Virus record (IMG/VR): IMGVR_UViG_3300005662_000094
Coordinates: 1 to 38,530 of that record
Direction: 5' to 3' (one strand)
Length of the DNA: 38,530 nt
Origin: a virus
Lineage: Duplodnaviria; Caudoviricetes
Positions 34,392 to 38,530 of this stretch are shown here, in pieces. The position numbers and the translations under genes are program-made. The notes beneath the pieces were generated by a model. That model ran no database searches. It was given only the letters and a program-made list of their open reading frames with translations, and was not told where the DNA came from. Numbering within the stretch: position 1 is the first letter of the stretch; each line of letters opens with the position of its first letter.

Positions 34392-35144
34392 ATGACAATA
34401 GGTAAAACCACTTTTGGTCTCAATAAGGGTGAGTATTCCGATAAGATAGCCCGAATTATCGATAATCATAGGGCCAATAGCCGCTTGATCGGGGTTCCGA
34501 AGGATTTTGTTCTCCGCTCATGCCGACTGACTGAACAGTGGATGAAGCTCTCAAATGAGACCGATGTAGAAGTTTACATCCGCAGCATCGACATTGCCAG
34601 CGGCAGAAAAGTCAAGATGATTTCCCTAGAAAGAGGGGCAACCAAACAGCCAGTCGGCAAACAGAAGCTGATTGACATGTTATACCCACCTAAGAAGATT
34701 GGCACCGCCCCATCTCCAGAAGAAAAACATTATAATGCCGTTAGAGCATCAATGAGGCTAGCGGTCAATGATCAGCTAAAGGCGTATAGGTCATCTATCT
34801 CACTGCCAATTACCTGCATGATAACTGGGAAAACCATTAGGAACGGGGTCAAGACGGACGTTGATCACATTCTGCTGAGTTTCTCTGAAATTGCTGACTC
34901 TTTCATGGCCTCTAGGGGTTTGGTTTATGCCGATGTGCCATTAGTGGGGCACCCAACAGCTAAAAAGTTTAAGGATTCGCAACTATGGAAAGATTGGCAA
35001 GAGTTCCATAGGGGCGCTGCTAAGTATGCTTTAGTACTAGCTAGTGCCAACCGAAGTAAAGGATGTGGGGCCTATTGCACACCCCCTACCCTAATTGGCT
35101 CATTCTCAAAGCAGGACCCTGAAGATTTGTCGTTGGACTTTTAG
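34392..35144 (+). CDS. hypothetical protein with HNH/His-Me-finger-like C-terminal domain
   Basis: The only plus-strand gene; 'CMITG...DVDH...F.EI...F...WQEFH...ANRSK'; GGGTAA 27 nt upstream. Confidence 0.7.
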   Translation: MTIGKTTFGLNKGEYSDKIARIIDNHRANSRLIGVPKDFVLRSCRLTEQWMKLSNETDVEVYIRSIDIASGRKVKMISLERGATKQPVGKQKLIDMLYPPKKIGTAPSPEEKHYNAVRASMRLAVNDQLKAYRSSISLPITCMITGKTIRNGVKTDVDHILLSFSEIADSFMASRGLVYADVPLVGHPTAKKFKDSQLWKDWQEFHRGAAKYALVLASANRSKGCGAYCTPPTLIGSFSKQDPEDLSLDF

Positions 35145-35464
35145 GGGCCGGGGGCAACATAAGTTTCGGTTAAGGGTACACCCCTCCAGTCTTCCCCATC
35201 GAACAACCAGAGCACGGGGATTCCGGGATCAGCACCGTCTGGTTGAACCCAAGACTCACCCAAGCTAGGTTCCAGGGTTGGTGGATTTTCACCCACTGCG
35301 GCAGGCCCAATCTTTATGAGTTGAGTGTTGGTGGAGTCCGCGAAAAACAAGCCAGGCTGCTCGACGTTAGTGTTGACAGCAGGTTGCCCAGGCAAAAGGG
35401 TTGTAGGGTCGGGTCTATTGCCGAGACCGTTATTTCTAAGGATTTGAATTGGAGTAACAGTCAT
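35141..35464 (-). CDS. tail fibre-associated small protein
   Basis: 'IQILR...NRP...LLPGQPAVNTN...GLFFADS...LIKIGP' resembles cyanophage fibre N-terminal modules. Confidence 0.6.
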   Translation of the reverse strand: MTVTPIQILRNNGLGNRPDPTTLLPGQPAVNTNVEQPGLFFADSTNTQLIKIGPAAVGENPPTLEPSLGESWVQPDGADPGIPVLWLFDGEDWRGVPLTETYVAPGP

Positions 35465-35469
35465 TTCTT

Positions 35470-36165
35470 TCAGTTGGGTTCAGTTGGCCAGGTCTGGAAA
35501 TCGGAGCTTTCGCAGTATGCTTCTAGGGAAGACAAGTCTTCTTTTTCAGAGATCATGGTTCTTTTTGCCTTTGCGGCATCCCTCACGGATGATCTCCATT
35601 CATACCACTCTTCGGGGATTGCCTTACCAGTTTCAGACTGACGCACTACATACCAGTCGGACGGTTGTAACAGTGTGTATGCTTTATCATTGACTAAACG
35701 AATGACGTAATTTTGAGAGTCAGCGAGGTTGAGATTAATCGGAAAAACCGACCAAACAAACCCGGTGCCGTCCCAATAAAGAGACGTATTCGGTGAAGGT
35801 TGAGCAGAAGGGGCCACTTCTGTTGAATTATCAGGCTGAGGCCAACCCTTGGCCGTGACAACAATTGGAGAACCAACTGGTGTAACAGTGCTATAGAAAG
35901 TTTTAGGGTTCTGTTTACAGAAAAGGATCTTATTAGCGTCATTTAGCTGAGATTGCCAGGGTTTAAGGTTGGTTATGCCCTCTGGCGGTCTGGTCGGATG
36001 CTCTGCAGAGTCAGAGAAATATTGAACGAATCCGACTTTAGACTCTTCATTAAACAGTATGAGCTGAATAGCAGGGTCTACAGTAGACATGTCAACCTTC
36101 TCAACGCATTCACCGTTTCCGAAGTTTACTGTACTTTTAGGGGGGTCAATTGTGATTAGGGCCAT
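35470..36165 (-). CDS. tail fibre assembly chaperone-like protein
   Basis: C-terminal 'LLQPSDWYVVR..ETG..IP.EW..WR..VRD...WP'. Confidence 0.7.
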   Translation of the reverse strand: MALITIDPPKSTVNFGNGECVEKVDMSTVDPAIQLILFNEESKVGFVQYFSDSAEHPTRPPEGITNLKPWQSQLNDANKILFCKQNPKTFYSTVTPVGSPIVVTAKGWPQPDNSTEVAPSAQPSPNTSLYWDGTGFVWSVFPINLNLADSQNYVIRLVNDKAYTLLQPSDWYVVRQSETGKAIPEEWYEWRSSVRDAAKAKRTMISEKEDLSSLEAYCESSDFQTWPTEPN

Positions 36166-36166
36166 T

Positions 36167-36526
36167 TTAGTTGGATTGGGGTGGACTGCTGCTTAGGGCT
36201 GTTAATAAGAGGATCGAGCACTTACCTTCACCTCCACCGTTTTCGGGTACTTTGGTAGGAGTTAAGGGAATAAACCATTCACATAGGTCTTTTATACAGG
36301 GTTGGCGCAGAAGGGGGCACACTTTCTCTACCCCGCGAGGGATTAATTCCTTAATCTCCCATCTTGTCTCTTTCCAGACGGCTAGCTCACCTTTTTTAGT
36401 GTTAGGTGGTTTTTCCGTTGTTGAGTGAGCGGGTATGAGCCATTCCCCCGGTTCTTCGGGGGAGGGTGGGGCTTCCTCCTCGCCAACATAATGTTTGTAG
36501 GTAGGGTGGTAGTTGTAAACTAACAT
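36167..36526 (-). CDS. tail fibre assembly (Tfa-like) protein with Cys-rich C-terminus
   Basis: 'VYNY...YVG....PSP.EPG.WLIPAHST..KPP' Tfa-like N-terminus, then 'CPLLRQPC...C.WF...C'. Confidence 0.7.
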   Translation of the reverse strand: MLVYNYHPTYKHYVGEEEAPPSPEEPGEWLIPAHSTTEKPPNTKKGELAVWKETRWEIKELIPRGVEKVCPLLRQPCIKDLCEWFIPLTPTKVPENGGGEGKCSILLLTALSSSPPQSN

Positions 36527-36529
36527 TGT

Positions 36530-38530
36530 TTAGTAAGAGATGTAGAACTTCATGGCGGAGTTCCAAGGTCGTGTTTCAGTTGCACCACCCGTTGTCGAAG
36601 TGTCTATTTGACCAAAAGATCCCGTGGCAGTACCCAATAGCGTAGAAATATAATTAGGTGTGTAAGGGAAGGTAGAAGTGTCGCTATTATAGATAGAGTG
36701 GTAGTGAGCCTCGAATGCATCTCCCTGTGTGCTGCCGAACACACGGGCAGTGTCAATTCCCCTACCATCATCCCAACCCCGAATGAACAAACCTCTGCCA
36801 TCAGGGAGATTAAAAGTGGTTGAACCATTGCCGCTGCCGTAGGTTGTTTCTATTTTAGCGTAAAGGTTGGCATACGCAGTTCTTGAAACTGCAGCCCCAT
36901 TACAATAGAGGTATCTACCGCTGGGGGCACTGTTAAATGCCACAGTGACCAGGAGACCAGGCTCCAAACCGATGAGACCGGTAGATGCTGCATAGATCAA
37001 AGTAGCGGGGGAAATCGCGAGGTCAGTGGCAGTACCTGCGTCTACTTCAGTGTTGGTTGCATACCTTGTAACTCCAGTTCTGCTTTGACTTGCTAACCAC
37101 CCGGATGAGAAGGAGTCGGGGGATCCTGACACGGAGTTGTTAACCGTCAGGTTATTGACTGTAAGTTCAGGGAAGAAGGTTGGTATATCAACTCCCGCGA
37201 AGGGATTTCCAATGTCTGTGATTCCAATAGTGGCTCCGGTGCTTAAGTCTGTGAGTCCTGCGGCTGTCACAAAGTAACCCTCTTGGTTGAAGCCGGTTGC
37301 ATAAACTCTGCCCCCAAGTTGGTTGGTAAAGTAGTAAGTGAACTGGTTTTGGGGAGAGAGATCGCCTTGGTACTGGGGTAGTGCCTTTGTATAGTTTAAG
37401 AATCCTGCCCACTCCCAAGCATGACCAAACATACGAAGAACTGAAGGTCTTCTAAACTCAATCGGCCAGTTCCCAAGTGCATTTGCTGCTCCATCTGGAA
37501 CATACGACTGCATATCCCCTGATACCGCAGGGTTTAGCTCTCTATCTGCGGTAGGGACGGGGACTAGAATTTCTGCAACTTCCGCCTCTGAAAAACCTAT
37601 ACCAACCAAGAATTGGAACACCCCCCTGTAGTCAGTGGCAGTGGTGTATTGAGCTTCTATAGCAGGGTCAAGAGTCCAACAAGTTGTAAGGTTGTATCCA
37701 CAAGTTAACGTTTCTTGATCACCATCCGTGTCATTATTGAAGAAGATTACGGGACTTGTATTTAGGAAAAAGTCATAGGCGTTGTAGTCGGATGCCATGT
37801 GAACGTATGACTGACTCCACTTACTTTCATCAAAGGCAACATCAGAGTTTTCTACAACGCAGGTGAAGTGCTTGTTTTGCCTTCGAACAGTTTCACCGGA
37901 GCGGTAGTAGTATCCGGGCGTCCAAGTGTTAACCGGGTTTGCTCTCTCCAAAATAATCTGAGACTTTCTCACAACCGGATCCGTACCAATAGGAATGGGG
38001 CCAGCCTTGTTAACTAGAACCATATCCTCTTCAGGGAGCAGCCCCACAATTCCACCCCCGGAACCCAGGGTGGTTTGCACAACGTAGTCGCGCATTGGAG
38101 AGCGGGTGTTGCTATCCGTGTTTGTTACATTGATACTGTATCTTCTCTGACTCAGAGTGCGGTTATCCACCAGACGGCGAATGTATACATTACTGTTAGC
38201 CAGGTTTGGCCAGTCGAAGGTGCCAGGGAAGTCGCCATCCTGGTTCTCCATTTGAACCGTAATGTTTATCTGGTTTGGGAATGCCGGATCCCAGGCGTCT
38301 GAAGTCAAAGGAGCCCTCCAGTGGGGACCAGAGTTGTTTTCTATCCACAGATAGCTGTCAGGAGTGAAAGTGTAATGTCTAATATCCAGTATTTGAGGTA
38401 CGCCCGGATTGATATCAGAATTAAGAAGTGGCTGTGTGAGAGTAATAGTTGTGGCATCATCTGCTGTGACCGCATCTACAACTCCTAGTGAGATCCTGTT
38501 GATGACAGTCGTTTGATCTGTCATATTTGT
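36530..38530 (-). CDS. tail fibre protein with collar domain, probably 5'-truncated by the window
   Basis: 'YLYCNGAAVSRTAYANLY...YGSGNGSTTFNLPDGRGLFIRGWD...ETRPWN' tail collar domain; the frame stays open to the window edge. Confidence 0.85.
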   Translation of the reverse strand, partial: TNMTDQTTVINRISLGVVDAVTADDATTITLTQPLLNSDINPGVPQILDIRHYTFTPDSYLWIENNSGPHWRAPLTSDAWDPAFPNQINITVQMENQDGDFPGTFDWPNLANSNVYIRRLVDNRTLSQRRYSINVTNTDSNTRSPMRDYVVQTTLGSGGGIVGLLPEEDMVLVNKAGPIPIGTDPVVRKSQIILERANPVNTWTPGYYYRSGETVRRQNKHFTCVVENSDVAFDESKWSQSYVHMASDYNAYDFFLNTSPVIFFNNDTDGDQETLTCGYNLTTCWTLDPAIEAQYTTATDYRGVFQFLVGIGFSEAEVAEILVPVPTADRELNPAVSGDMQSYVPDGAANALGNWPIEFRRPSVLRMFGHAWEWAGFLNYTKALPQYQGDLSPQNQFTYYFTNQLGGRVYATGFNQEGYFVTAAGLTDLSTGATIGITDIGNPFAGVDIPTFFPELTVNNLTVNNSVSGSPDSFSSGWLASQSRTGVTRYATNTEVDAGTATDLAISPATLIYAASTGLIGLEPGLLVTVAFNSAPSGRYLYCNGAAVSRTAYANLYAKIETTYGSGNGSTTFNLPDGRGLFIRGWDDGRGIDTARVFGSTQGDAFEAHYHSIYNSDTSTFPYTPNYISTLLGTATGSFGQIDTSTTGGATETRPWNSAMKFYISY

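Noticed and set aside
377-38302. Many plus-strand ORFs in the track (e.g. 26276-26986, 29338-29787, 35243-35641)
   Set aside because: They are antisense shadows of well-supported minus-strand genes, with no motifs or expression signals; only 34392-35144 is accepted.
1-38530. CRISPR arrays, tRNAs, rRNAs, integrase or IS elements
   Set aside because: None seen by eye; the intergenic spaces are short and mostly explained by promoters, introns or a terminator.

Overview
This window is a segment of a large lytic cyanophage genome with a contractile-tail-type module. The gene order is not T4-like, and all genes but one lie on the minus strand. It holds (i) host-derived photosynthesis genes: a psbA split by four group I introns that splices to an intact 359-aa D1, preceded by a structured PhotoRC-II-like leader and followed by a free-standing GIY-YIG-type nuclease, plus hli and two NblA-like genes; (ii) nucleotide and replication genes: nrdA with an HNH intein and a fused glutaredoxin, nrdB, thyX, dCMP deaminase, MazG, speD, two exonucleases, and an SF3 helicase split by a fifth group I intron that the ORF track shows as two genes; (iii) two sigma factors and two distinct promoter classes; (iv) tail genes. 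The most striking uncharacterised feature is a tandem array of three genes (4539-8517). They share an N-terminal basic Cys4 tag (C-x5-C-x3-C-x6-C), each fused to a different modifying enzyme: an R-S-E ADP-ribosyltransferase, a PI3K/PI4K/HipA-like kinase and a Hanks-type Ser/Thr kinase. This is a candidate polymorphic, possibly virion-delivered host-takeover effector system. All calls come from motif reading by eye; no database searches were run.
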